The notes under the pieces: model-generated
The model's input: the letters and a program-made list of their open reading frames with translations, nothing else
Told to the model about the DNA's origin: nothing
Databases searched by the model: none
Program-made: the position numbers and the translations under genes
From: Bacteroidales bacterium
Lineage (GTDB): Bacteria > Bacteroidota > Bacteroidia > Bacteroidales > GCA-2748055
Length of the DNA: 64,000 nucleotides
NCBI GenBank assembly: GCA_020636775.1
Contig: JACJXF010000008.1
Coordinates: forward strand, 1,797 to 65,796
Reading direction: 5' to 3'
Shown here: piece by piece, positions 37,080 through 45,492 of the stretch
Position numbering within the stretch: the stretch's first letter is position 1
How the letters are laid out: each line of letters begins with the position of its first letter

Positions 37080-37931
37080 TCAGTTAAACCGATCATCACC
37101 CTCTATCTTCCGAAAAGGTTTCTGAAAAAAATCATTAACGGTTTTATTGAATTGTTCTGCATAGTTGATTAGTGTGGAATGACCTGATTCAGGAAGTATC
37201 CACAAATAGGAATCTTTGATATTCTGAAAAATCAACATGGTATGCTCCGGAAGAATCACATCATGATCTCCGCCTATAACCAAAGTGGGGCAGCTTATGG
37301 TGTGCAGCTGCTCTAAACTGATCTGAGGCTCATAAATCATCATGTTATTTAGTTTATAGGCATTTTTTATCGCAGGGGTCTGCTCTTTTTTCAGTAATTC
37401 CTTGCAATATTTAATGGTTGAATAATAAGCATAGGGATCAACAGCTGTAGTATCGGGCCAGAGATTAGCACCGGTGATTGCCAGTTTTCTGACTTTTTCA
37501 GGATGACGAATAGCGAGTAAGAGTCCGTCAATACCTCCGTCGCTCCATCCAAGAACATAGCAGGAATCAAGTTTCAGAGTATCAAGCAGGGCATTCAGAT
37601 CATCTGTCATCATCTCGTAGCTAAGGGAATCATTAGGGTCTACTGATTTCCCCTGCGAGCGGCTGTCGGCCAGGATGACTTTAAAGTTTTGGGAGAAATA
37701 GGGGACCTGCTTCGAAAAATTATTGATCGATCCTCCATTCCCGTGAATAATAAGTAAAGGCATACCTTGTCCGTAAATCTCATAATACATTTTGAATCCC
37801 CGCGTTGAAATGTAATGCCCGGCATCAGGGTTGTCACCGATTTTTATTTTCTTAAAATCGGGATGGCTCTGAGAAAATCCCAAAATTGTAAGAAAAACTG
37901 CGAAGAGAGATACAAGAAATCTTTTTGACAT
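37080..37931 (-). CDS. Secreted alpha/beta hydrolase
   Basis: 283 aa with a signal peptide. It has HGNGGS, the nucleophile elbow GWSDGG, and GGDHD...SGH. Confidence 0.75.
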   Translation of the reverse strand: MSKRFLVSLFAVFLTILGFSQSHPDFKKIKIGDNPDAGHYISTRGFKMYYEIYGQGMPLLIIHGNGGSINNFSKQVPYFSQNFKVILADSRSQGKSVDPNDSLSYEMMTDDLNALLDTLKLDSCYVLGWSDGGIDGLLLAIRHPEKVRKLAITGANLWPDTTAVDPYAYYSTIKYCKELLKKEQTPAIKNAYKLNNMMIYEPQISLEQLHTISCPTLVIGGDHDVILPEHTMLIFQNIKDSYLWILPESGHSTLINYAEQFNKTVNDFFQKPFRKIEGDDRFN

Positions 37932-37945
37932 GGTAATGGGGTATT

Positions 37946-38872
37946 TTAGCTTGTGATTCTTTTTAATTCGGTTTTCAGCATTTTGAAATTTTCAGGATCA
38001 TAACCCGAGTGGCCGGCATTCATGATATTGAGTTTTGAAATATTTAATGCGGCATGCAATCGGAAGGCCATAACAGGTGGACAAATAAAATCATATCTTC
38101 CATGAACAATGCTGGTTTTGATATTTTTTATTTTATCTGCATTGTTCATGATGAAGTCTTCTGGGAGGAAACAATTATTTTTAATAAAGTGCGCCTCCAG
38201 GATAGCCATGGATTTGTAAGAAAAAGCATTTAGTATTTCTTCTGTGTTCTCTATTTTCCGTATGGTGTAAAACGACATTTCATAATAGGCCCACTCGTAT
38301 GCGAACTTATCGCTGATCTTTTTGTCGGACGACAACATGTTTTCCAGGTAATAATCGGCTGGTCTGACTCCCTTTTTAAGAAGTTTTGCAAACCGATCCC
38401 AGACATCCGGGAAAAATTCCTTAATACCGCCTCCAATATAATGATCCAGAGAATAGCGGTTAGCCAGCCATATCCCGCGTAAAATAAGTCCCAGAACCCG
38501 CTTTGGATTGTGAATGGCATAGCAGAGGGCAAGGGTGCTTCCCCAGGATCCTCCAAAAACATAAATTTTATCAAAATGCAGGTAATCCAGAATGAGATCA
38601 ATATCCTGAACAAGGTCGGGGGTGGTATTATTTTCAATGGAGCCAAAGGGGGTGCTTCTTGAAGATCCCCTTTGGTCGAAGAGAATCACATTATATCTTC
38701 TTCTGTCAAAAAACTTTTTATCATTATCCGAAAACCCTGCTCCGGGTCCTCCATGTAGGAAAATTACGGGTATACCTTTAGGGTTTCCGAATAACTCGTA
38801 GTAGAGTTTATGCCCGGCGGATACCTTAATAAAACCTTTCTGATAGGGTTCCTGATCTGGAGTTCTTGCCAT
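37946..38872 (-). CDS. pip: Prolyl aminopeptidase (proline iminopeptidase)
   Basis: 308 aa. Motifs are HGGPGAG, GGSWGSTL and a C-terminal NAGHS. Confidence 0.85.
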   Translation of the reverse strand: MARTPDQEPYQKGFIKVSAGHKLYYELFGNPKGIPVIFLHGGPGAGFSDNDKKFFDRRRYNVILFDQRGSSRSTPFGSIENNTTPDLVQDIDLILDYLHFDKIYVFGGSWGSTLALCYAIHNPKRVLGLILRGIWLANRYSLDHYIGGGIKEFFPDVWDRFAKLLKKGVRPADYYLENMLSSDKKISDKFAYEWAYYEMSFYTIRKIENTEEILNAFSYKSMAILEAHFIKNNCFLPEDFIMNNADKIKNIKTSIVHGRYDFICPPVMAFRLHAALNISKLNIMNAGHSGYDPENFKMLKTELKRITS

Positions 38873-38881
38873 TTATAATTA

Positions 38882-40861
38882 TTACTGCTTACTTCGGTTC
38901 CATTCGTTATTTTTCCTGTTAACGTCTGGCAAAACATGCTCCGGATCCAGGATTACCTTATCGACAATTCCGGTTGAAGCATATCTGAAAGTCCAGGTTC
39001 CTCCTCTTTGCCATATTTCAACAGGAAGCTGAACACTTTCCTTTTTTCCGTTGGTCTGCGTTATTTCAATAATGCAAGGTAATATCATTTTACCTTTATT
39101 TTCAATAGTAATAAGTATTCCTTTTGAAGGATCGTTATTATAATATTTCACGGCAGTTACAGCCTGATCCAGTGTCCATGTAGTATAGAACCATTCTTTC
39201 CAGAACCAGTTTAAATCGTCACCCGCTGCATTATTCATGCAATTGAAAAAGTCGTAGGGTGTAGGGTGCTTAAATGCCCAGGATTTGGTGTAATACTGAA
39301 ATGCGTAGTCGAATCTTTCTTTTCCCAGCACAACATTACGAAGTACATTTAGACCGTAGGCAGTTTTTCCATAATACAGATCTGTTTCATTCAGATCCAT
39401 TGCCTCGGGGACTACCATTAACTCATCGTGTTGCAACGGAAGCTTGCTGATATTCAGATTAGCCCAGTAGTTTTCATTATAGAGAGTGTCGTCGTTTTTA
39501 TATTCCCCCTGATTAAAAACTTCAGTTGCACGGTAGTTTATGTAGGAATTAAATCCTTCATCCTGCCACATATATTTTCTCTCGTTTGAGCCAACAAGCA
39601 TGGGATACCAGTTGTGACCTATTTCATGGGATATTAAAAACCACAGCTTGCTGGTTTTATCATCAGGACTGCAAAATATCATTCCCGGGTATTCCATTCC
39701 AGTTACCCAGGCACCAATATTTACTGCGTTATTCCAGGGATATTCAAAGAATTCGCGGGAGTAATATTCGATACTCTCTTTAAGATACTCGGTAGCTCTT
39801 GACCATCCGTCTTTCCCTGCCGATTCGGGAAGGTAGGCCGACATGGCCATTGCAGTTCTGCCTGAAGGAAGGTGAACGCTTGCGGCGTCCCACACCAGCG
39901 CATTTGAGGCAACCCAGGCAATATCTCTTGAGTTTTTCATGGTAAAGTGCCATGTAAGACTTCCATTTTTATCAGAAGGCATTTTCCTTTTGCCGATCTC
40001 TTCGGGACTTATTATAGTAACCGTTTTATCGCTTTTTGACGCAAGTGCAAGTCTTTTGTTTTCCTCTGGTGTAAGCACCTGCTCGGGATTTTGTAAATCC
40101 CCTGAACCATAAACTATCATATCGGAGGGTGCTGTTATGTAATAGTCAAAATTCCCATACTCACAATAAAACTCACCAACTCCCATGTATGGCAGGGTGT
40201 TCCATCCTTCAACATCATCATAAACGCACATACGGGGATACCATTGTGCAAGTTCAAATACCTGACCCCTTGGGGTTGATATTCTGCCCATACGATCGGA
40301 GCCGTAACCAGGAATGAAAAAACTGTAATTTATGGTAATGCTTATCCGGTCTCCGTTTGCAGTCATGGGTGACAAAAGTCTCAATTGCATCCGGGTATCC
40401 TCAATCAAAGGTTTCACTAAGTAATTTTCTCCATTATGATGAACCGTAACACCTGAAACATGGTAACCTGCTTTTGGGTATCCTGATGTACTCCATCGAC
40501 TCCCCAGATAACTGGTCGCGGCAGCAGATCTTGATGAAGGTTCGTAAACATTCTGGTCCAATTGCAGCCAGAGGTAGTCGAGTCTGTCGGGACTGTTATT
40601 GGTATAGGTGATGGTTACATCAGCATTGATGGTGGTATCTTTTGCATTCAGGCTGGCATGAATCAGATAGTCGGCCGTATTTTGCCAATATGCAGGTCCG
40701 GGAGTTCCGTTAGCTGATCGGAAAGAGTTACCAGGGGGAGGGTTAAAAGTGGGGAGGTAAAAATCCTTTGGATTATACCCGGCGTCATTTTGAACCTGGG
40801 TTTGCGCAAATAAAAAACTCAGACTTATCAATTTAAGGCTGAGCAATAGTATCTTTTTCAT
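38882..40861 (-). CDS. M1-family zinc metallopeptidase (aminopeptidase N-like), secreted
   Basis: It has the HEIGHNW zinc motif plus the downstream WQDEGFNSY (E ligand), and a signal peptide starting at MKKILLLSLK. I place the start at ATG 40861. Confidence 0.85.
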   Translation of the reverse strand: MKKILLLSLKLISLSFLFAQTQVQNDAGYNPKDFYLPTFNPPPGNSFRSANGTPGPAYWQNTADYLIHASLNAKDTTINADVTITYTNNSPDRLDYLWLQLDQNVYEPSSRSAAATSYLGSRWSTSGYPKAGYHVSGVTVHHNGENYLVKPLIEDTRMQLRLLSPMTANGDRISITINYSFFIPGYGSDRMGRISTPRGQVFELAQWYPRMCVYDDVEGWNTLPYMGVGEFYCEYGNFDYYITAPSDMIVYGSGDLQNPEQVLTPEENKRLALASKSDKTVTIISPEEIGKRKMPSDKNGSLTWHFTMKNSRDIAWVASNALVWDAASVHLPSGRTAMAMSAYLPESAGKDGWSRATEYLKESIEYYSREFFEYPWNNAVNIGAWVTGMEYPGMIFCSPDDKTSKLWFLISHEIGHNWYPMLVGSNERKYMWQDEGFNSYINYRATEVFNQGEYKNDDTLYNENYWANLNISKLPLQHDELMVVPEAMDLNETDLYYGKTAYGLNVLRNVVLGKERFDYAFQYYTKSWAFKHPTPYDFFNCMNNAAGDDLNWFWKEWFYTTWTLDQAVTAVKYYNNDPSKGILITIENKGKMILPCIIEITQTNGKKESVQLPVEIWQRGGTWTFRYASTGIVDKVILDPEHVLPDVNRKNNEWNRSKQ

Positions 40862-41021
40862 AATTAGTTGATTAGTATAGCTTTTAAAACATCTGATAAT
40901 ATAAATGGTTCGAAAATGGCAATTCTGAAGCACAGGTATCCGGAATCATTGAATACCATCTATAGAAAGAATCCGGGAAATTAAGGTAAGTGAAAATGAA
41001 AAAACAATCCTGATAAATCAG

Positions 41022-42548
41022 TTACCAAATGAATAGTTTCCCTGTATCCCAAATTTCATTTTCAACCGCAACTCTGTATAAATACATTCCTGGTGTTAAA
41101 TCGGGAAGCTGGATTTCAATACTCGTGGATGGTGATGTCATGGGCAAAGACTTCGTTTGAAGGATTATTCTGCCTTGAACGTCAAGGATAAAAACTGAGT
41201 AGTTGCCATTAATATTTGATGAAAAAGAAATATTGACCTTCTCAGAAGCCGGATTTGGATAACAAGAGCTTTTACCTAAGGTTGACAGGCGGCTGATTTT
41301 CACTGATGACGAGCCATAGTCAGATTCAAAACATCCAAGGTCGGGGGCACTGCCATGGAAATTTAATCCAACATCAACGCCGGCATCAATGAGATTGCTT
41401 CCTTCTGCAAGCTGCAAGTAAGAAATATAAGGTAAACTTCCATCTTCATTGCGTATACCATATGCTTCGCTTTCGTTGATGCTTACAAAGTCGGCCTCTG
41501 AAACAGTAACTGAACCAAGCCAGCTGTTGGCTGCCTGAATGGCAAAATTGGCAATATTACCAGTCTCACCTAGAACCAGACAGTTTTTTATTACCAGTTC
41601 CTTACCGGTAGCAAGAGGTTTATAAATCACATAATTTCCGCCTGTATTGTTATGAGCTGAGCAGTTGAATAAAGTCATTGAGCCCATGTTGCTGTTTTGG
41701 TCGAATCCCTTGGCTTTATTTTTAAAGGAAAGACAATTCTTAAGAATAAAATCATGTCTTAAGGTTTTGTCATCACTGCCTCCCATTTTAAAACCATTGC
41801 CATTAGCCTGTGGTCCGGGATCTGAACCGTTTTCGAGATATCCGTTTTCAAATGCCCAGGAATTTTCAATTATTGTGGAAACATTGTCACTTCCCCTGAG
41901 GTATCCATCCCAGCCATCATCGCAATTTTTCCAGGCGCGACAGCCATAAAAATAGTTTTCCACTCCTATGTCTAATTTTGCCGCAAAACCATCAGCGTCT
42001 CCGTAATCTGGCGGGTCTGCATTGTAATACGAATCGCAATTTATCACCTGGTTATATGATGCGCCGCCTCCCATTTGAAGACCAGTATCACGGTTCCTGT
42101 AAAAGGCACAATTTACAATTCTGTTAAAGCTGCCGTTGTTTATATTCATTCCGTTGTCACCTGCTCCAAAAATGTCAAAACCTTCGATATGCCAGTAACT
42201 GGCAGTAAGGTATATTCCACGGTTTGAGCCGCTAAGTGCCTGGGCAGAAAAGTCAAGTAAAGCCCGCTCTCCGGGGTAGGACATTAAATGGTAAAACATT
42301 GTTTCAGTGCCACTTTTATTTATCTGAATGGTTGCGTTTAATGGGTATGTTCCCGCTCTTACAAAGATTGTATCTCCTGATGTAGCAGTTTCGATTCCTT
42401 TATTAATACTTTGAAATGGAAATTCAATGCTCCCCGGGTTGGAATCATCGCCATTCAGGGAAACAAAATAAGTTTCTGCATAGCTATTGAATACAGTCAC
42501 TAAGCAAAGAATGAAAAAAGCTGGTATTCTGGAGATCAATCGTTTCAC
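41022..42548 (-). CDS. Right-handed parallel beta-helix protein (pectate-lyase PL9-like) with T9SS C-terminal sorting domain
   Basis: 508 aa. The N-terminus is YFVSLNGDDSNPGS...TIFVRAGTY. The beta-helix repeats carry GDADGFAAK and NGNGFKMGG. The C-terminal CYPNPASEKVNISF...GMYLYRV is a CTD-like tail. Confidence 0.7.
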   Translation of the reverse strand: MKRLISRIPAFFILCLVTVFNSYAETYFVSLNGDDSNPGSIEFPFQSINKGIETATSGDTIFVRAGTYPLNATIQINKSGTETMFYHLMSYPGERALLDFSAQALSGSNRGIYLTASYWHIEGFDIFGAGDNGMNINNGSFNRIVNCAFYRNRDTGLQMGGGASYNQVINCDSYYNADPPDYGDADGFAAKLDIGVENYFYGCRAWKNCDDGWDGYLRGSDNVSTIIENSWAFENGYLENGSDPGPQANGNGFKMGGSDDKTLRHDFILKNCLSFKNKAKGFDQNSNMGSMTLFNCSAHNNTGGNYVIYKPLATGKELVIKNCLVLGETGNIANFAIQAANSWLGSVTVSEADFVSINESEAYGIRNEDGSLPYISYLQLAEGSNLIDAGVDVGLNFHGSAPDLGCFESDYGSSSVKISRLSTLGKSSCYPNPASEKVNISFSSNINGNYSVFILDVQGRIILQTKSLPMTSPSTSIEIQLPDLTPGMYLYRVAVENEIWDTGKLFIW

Positions 42549-42939
42549 TGGATAATTGCTTTGGTCTGAATCAGATTATTTTATAGTACTGGTGACCAAA
42601 GGTAATGAAACAGGAGTATTTATTATCCTTAAAGTGCGGTTTTAACAGGAAAACAAAATCACAAGTCTAATAGTACATTCAGATAATCAGATTATTAAGT
42701 GCATCAGGAGCCTTAATCGGAAAACCTGTATATTCCAGAAAAAACGAAATTATTTTAGGTAAATATCACTGGAGAAGTATATTATCCATTCAGTTATTTT
42801 CCTCCGGTTTAGCCGGATATAAGCTGCGGGCAATAATTTACCAACGGATAGCTTCTGAATAATGCAGGCCGTTCGCACAGACCAGAATTTTACTCCGGCG
42901 AATGGTATAAAATATAAACTCAAGGGAATCTTAAGCTAT

Positions 42940-43821
42940 TTAAAACTTCAGTCCCAGTCCGATCACAGCAGTCCAGACTTCGCAATACTGTTTTCTGGGA
43001 GGAACTGAGGCTGTTTCGCCTGAAGCACCTGTCAGAATATTTTTTTCAAATTTAAATGAACCCTGATGAAAATCAGCATTCCCTAATATCTGCCATCTGT
43101 CGGTCAGATTATATATAAGTCCTCCTCCCACTGTGTAGAGAACAGCACTTGCAGTTATACTGCTCTTTTTTATCCATCCGGATATGCTGCCATAGCTTAT
43201 GGAATAGGTGACTTCAGGTTCTTTTAATCGTGCAAATCCTATACCTGCATGTCCTTCAAATGTCAGCCTCTCAACAGGATAAACAAATTCAGGACCGAAA
43301 ATAATTGCATTGGTTTTATATTTGACCGTATTGTTTTCTACCGGCAGACTATACAGATAACTTAAGGCTTTCCCGACTATTTCCGCATGGTATTCATTTG
43401 AATAATTGATTCCTTTTACAAAAAATCCAAATTTCGGAACAATTAAAAAGGCGTAATTCACATTAAAACTTAGGCCATTTCCTGCATATCCTGATTCCTC
43501 TTTAAAGATATCATCACTCGCAAAATCATTTCTGGGAATGGAAAAGCCCATTGAAAAATCAATTCTGTTTCTTTTGGAGCTGATGGGCTTAATTTTATTT
43601 GCCGGCTTTTCATCCGAGATATTGAGGTATAGTATTTCTTTTTTTTGAATCATTGTCTCCATGGGATTCCGGGTATTTTCCAGAATATAATAGCAGTTTA
43701 AACTGTCAAGCTTTGTCACGTGACAATTTATTACACGACCATCCTTTAAATACAGCTTATCCTGCGATTTGGCAATAATGGGTAGAATTGATAAAATAAT
43801 GATCAGAATAGTACTTTTCAT
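42940..43821 (-). CDS. Predicted outer-membrane beta-barrel protein, hypothetical
   Basis: 293 aa with a signal peptide. It has alternating hydrophobic strands and ends in GLGLKF. Confidence 0.4.
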   Translation of the reverse strand: MKSTILIIILSILPIIAKSQDKLYLKDGRVINCHVTKLDSLNCYYILENTRNPMETMIQKKEILYLNISDEKPANKIKPISSKRNRIDFSMGFSIPRNDFASDDIFKEESGYAGNGLSFNVNYAFLIVPKFGFFVKGINYSNEYHAEIVGKALSYLYSLPVENNTVKYKTNAIIFGPEFVYPVERLTFEGHAGIGFARLKEPEVTYSISYGSISGWIKKSSITASAVLYTVGGGLIYNLTDRWQILGNADFHQGSFKFEKNILTGASGETASVPPRKQYCEVWTAVIGLGLKF

Positions 43822-43988
43822 GATACCGAAATAGAAAATTATGGCAATAATACATTGCTATATCTAAGGTAAAATAAAACAGCAGAAAAAACTATTCCGG
43901 TGTGGAAAAAGATAATTCGAATCGACTTTAAGAGAGGCGGGTATTGAGGAGCATAGATCGGGAGAGAAGAGCAGAAGAAGGGTTCAGG

Positions 43989-44013
43989 CCTGTGGAGTGT
44001 TGAGTTCCACAGG
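43989..44013 (-). terminator. Possible terminator hairpin after the flavodoxin gene
   Basis: An 8-bp stem CCTGTGGA/TCCACAGG has a 9-nt loop and lies 25 nt beyond the flavodoxin stop. No clean T-run follows on the minus strand. Confidence 0.3.
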
Positions 44014-44037
44014 ATTATTTACTGCTTTCTTGATCCA

Positions 44038-44565
44038 TCAAAACTCAAAATCAGGTTTAAGTTTGGAAATCCATTTTTCTATTCTTTCTGAAGTCAGATC
44101 GTATTCATTGTCTTCATCTATGGGTAAACCAAGGAACAATCCATCCTTGTTTAATGCTTCTGAATCAGTAAAAGTGTAGCCTTCTGTCTCAGTATACCCA
44201 AATATTTCAGCTTTTTTATTTGCGATTTTAGAATGAAGATGCGCTATTCCGTCGGCAAAATGTTCGGGGTATAATACACTGTTTCCAAGTCCGACAATAG
44301 CTGCCTTTTTATTCTCAAAGCTAATTTCATCAATCTTCCTGAAAAAATCCTGCCATTCATCAACAATCATTTGATTGCTCCAATGATCTGCACCTACAGT
44401 AGACCCAACAAATATGAACTGATCGTATTTCTTTAAATTTTCCTTCACGACTTTATTAGCCGGAATTATATCAACTTTCTCATTCCCAATAATCTCTCCA
44501 AGCTTAATTGTTACGTTGTTAACGTTTCCGCCTTCCGGACTGAAAAATACTGCAGTTTTGTTCAT
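44038..44565 (-). CDS. Flavodoxin-family protein
   Basis: 175 aa. The flavodoxin-like layout is VFFSPEGGN at the phosphate-binding position, FIFVGSTVG, and GLGNS...YPEHF. Confidence 0.6.
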   Translation of the reverse strand: MNKTAVFFSPEGGNVNNVTIKLGEIIGNEKVDIIPANKVVKENLKKYDQFIFVGSTVGADHWSNQMIVDEWQDFFRKIDEISFENKKAAIVGLGNSVLYPEHFADGIAHLHSKIANKKAEIFGYTETEGYTFTDSEALNKDGLFLGLPIDEDNEYDLTSERIEKWISKLKPDFEF

Positions 44566-44724
44566 AATGTTAGGATTAAACGAATCATTAAAATTGATGA
44601 ATTAAATTGATTTGGCCTCTTTTACATGAATTATTGACGTATCGAAATCAAAAATAGGAATTTTTTATTTATTCAAATCATATTTTTAAGACATGCGTTG
44701 CGCAATACCATGGCAAAACCTCCG

Positions 44725-44796
44725 CTAATGCAATTCATTAAACACATTTTCCTTAAGTACAGTCAGAATCTTCGGCTTATTCTTCCTCCTCTGTCC
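44725..44796 (-). pseudogene. Orphan, diverged copy of the last 23 codons plus stop of lysS
   Basis: The minus-strand frame reads GQRRKNKPKILTVLKENVFNELH-stop. The live LysS C-terminus reads [23 protein letters not shown]-stop. Both are the same length, with 11/23 aa and 47/72 nt identical. An in-frame stop lies immediately upstream, so the copy is not attached to any ORF. Confidence 0.65.
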
Positions 44797-44802
44797 GGAC
44801 CG

Positions 44803-44817
44803 GGATTAAGCAGATTT
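44803..44817. repeat. Left arm of a perfect 15-bp inverted repeat (GGATTAAGCAGATTT)
   Basis: It is the exact reverse complement of 45374-45388 and overlaps the GxxExxY stop codon. Confidence 0.9.
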
Positions 44818-45214
44818 ATGGATTAACAGGATTATACTTTGAATTTATGAGGCGCTTGAACTCCAGGCTTTTACTTCCGAAATTAATTAATAATCCAATT
44901 TCCAGATTATATGCTTCAAGGTAGTTTATTGCCTGTGCAAAATGAACATCTTCAAGTTTTATAACTGCTTTTATTTCAAGGGAAATGATATCCTTTATCA
45001 GAAAATCAACCCTACGGGTACCAATACGAACTCCCCTGTAGAATATAGGCATAACAAATTCACGTTTATATTCCAGGTCGAAAAGAGGTAATTCAATTTC
45101 CAAAGCTCTTTGGTAAATTACTTCCTGGAAACCATTTCCAAGAATTTTATGAACCTCCATTGATGCTCCTATAATTCTTCCCGTAATATCCTTGTATTTA
45201 TAATCCTCATGCAT
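44816..45214 (-). CDS. GxxExxY protein (PD-(D/E)XK nuclease fold, PDDEXK_3-like)
   Basis: 132 aa. It has GFQEVIY (the GxxExxY motif). RRVDFLI and SLEIKAV supply the D...ExK nuclease-fold signature. Confidence 0.85.
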   Translation of the reverse strand: MHEDYKYKDITGRIIGASMEVHKILGNGFQEVIYQRALEIELPLFDLEYKREFVMPIFYRGVRIGTRRVDFLIKDIISLEIKAVIKLEDVHFAQAINYLEAYNLEIGLLINFGSKSLEFKRLINSKYNPVNP

Positions 45215-45373
45215 ATTATTAATTCAACTTAATAATACATAATTTCAATAATCAAAAGTTAAAGAAATTGAAGTGGAAATATTAATTCCTTACTATTAAA
45301 TATTAATGTATTGACAAGTCAGATTATAGTATAAGAGAATCGTTTTTTCTGAAAAAAAATCTGTTCAATCCTC

Positions 45374-45388
45374 AAATCTGCTTAATCC
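45374..45388. repeat. Right arm of the perfect 15-bp inverted repeat (AAATCTGCTTAATCC)
   Basis: It is the exact reverse complement of 44803-44817 and lies 160 nt upstream of the GxxExxY start. Confidence 0.9.
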
Positions 45389-45408
45389 TGTCAAAGACAA
45401 TTAGGTAC

Positions 45409-45436
45409 AAAAAAGCCCCAATCATCCGATTGAGGC
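45409..45436 (-). terminator. Rho-independent terminator of lysS
   Basis: The minus-strand stem GCCTCAATC/GATTGGGGC is 9 positions with one mismatch and has a 4-nt loop. It is followed by T6 (complement of A-run 45409-45414) and lies 54 nt past the lysS stop. Confidence 0.7.
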
Positions 45437-45456
45437 TCATAATAATCATTGAAATA

Positions 45457-45492
45457 ATTAGCACATTAGCACATCAGCACATCAGCACATTA
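45457..45492. repeat. Tandem octamer array ATTAGCAC x2, ATCAGCAC x2, ATTA
   Basis: There are four and a half contiguous 8-nt units. The last partial unit contains the lysS stop codon (TAA on the minus strand, 45490-45492). Confidence 0.9.

Larger units (their letters stand above)
44797..45489 (-). mobile_element. Putative inserted cassette between duplicated lysS tails, comprising the GxxExxY gene, its upstream region, the lysS terminator and an octamer array
   Basis: It is bounded by the two lysS-tail copies (44725-44796 and 45490-45561, offset 765 bp). It contains a single gene bracketed by a perfect 15-bp inverted repeat. No recombinase is present. Confidence 0.45.

Noticed and set aside
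36824-37099. 91-aa minus-strand ORF overlapping the hydrolase 3' end and the OM-barrel gene 5' region
   Set aside because: It overlaps two better-supported genes and spans the hairpin-containing spacer. The downstream gene has a proper signal peptide starting at ATG 36888.
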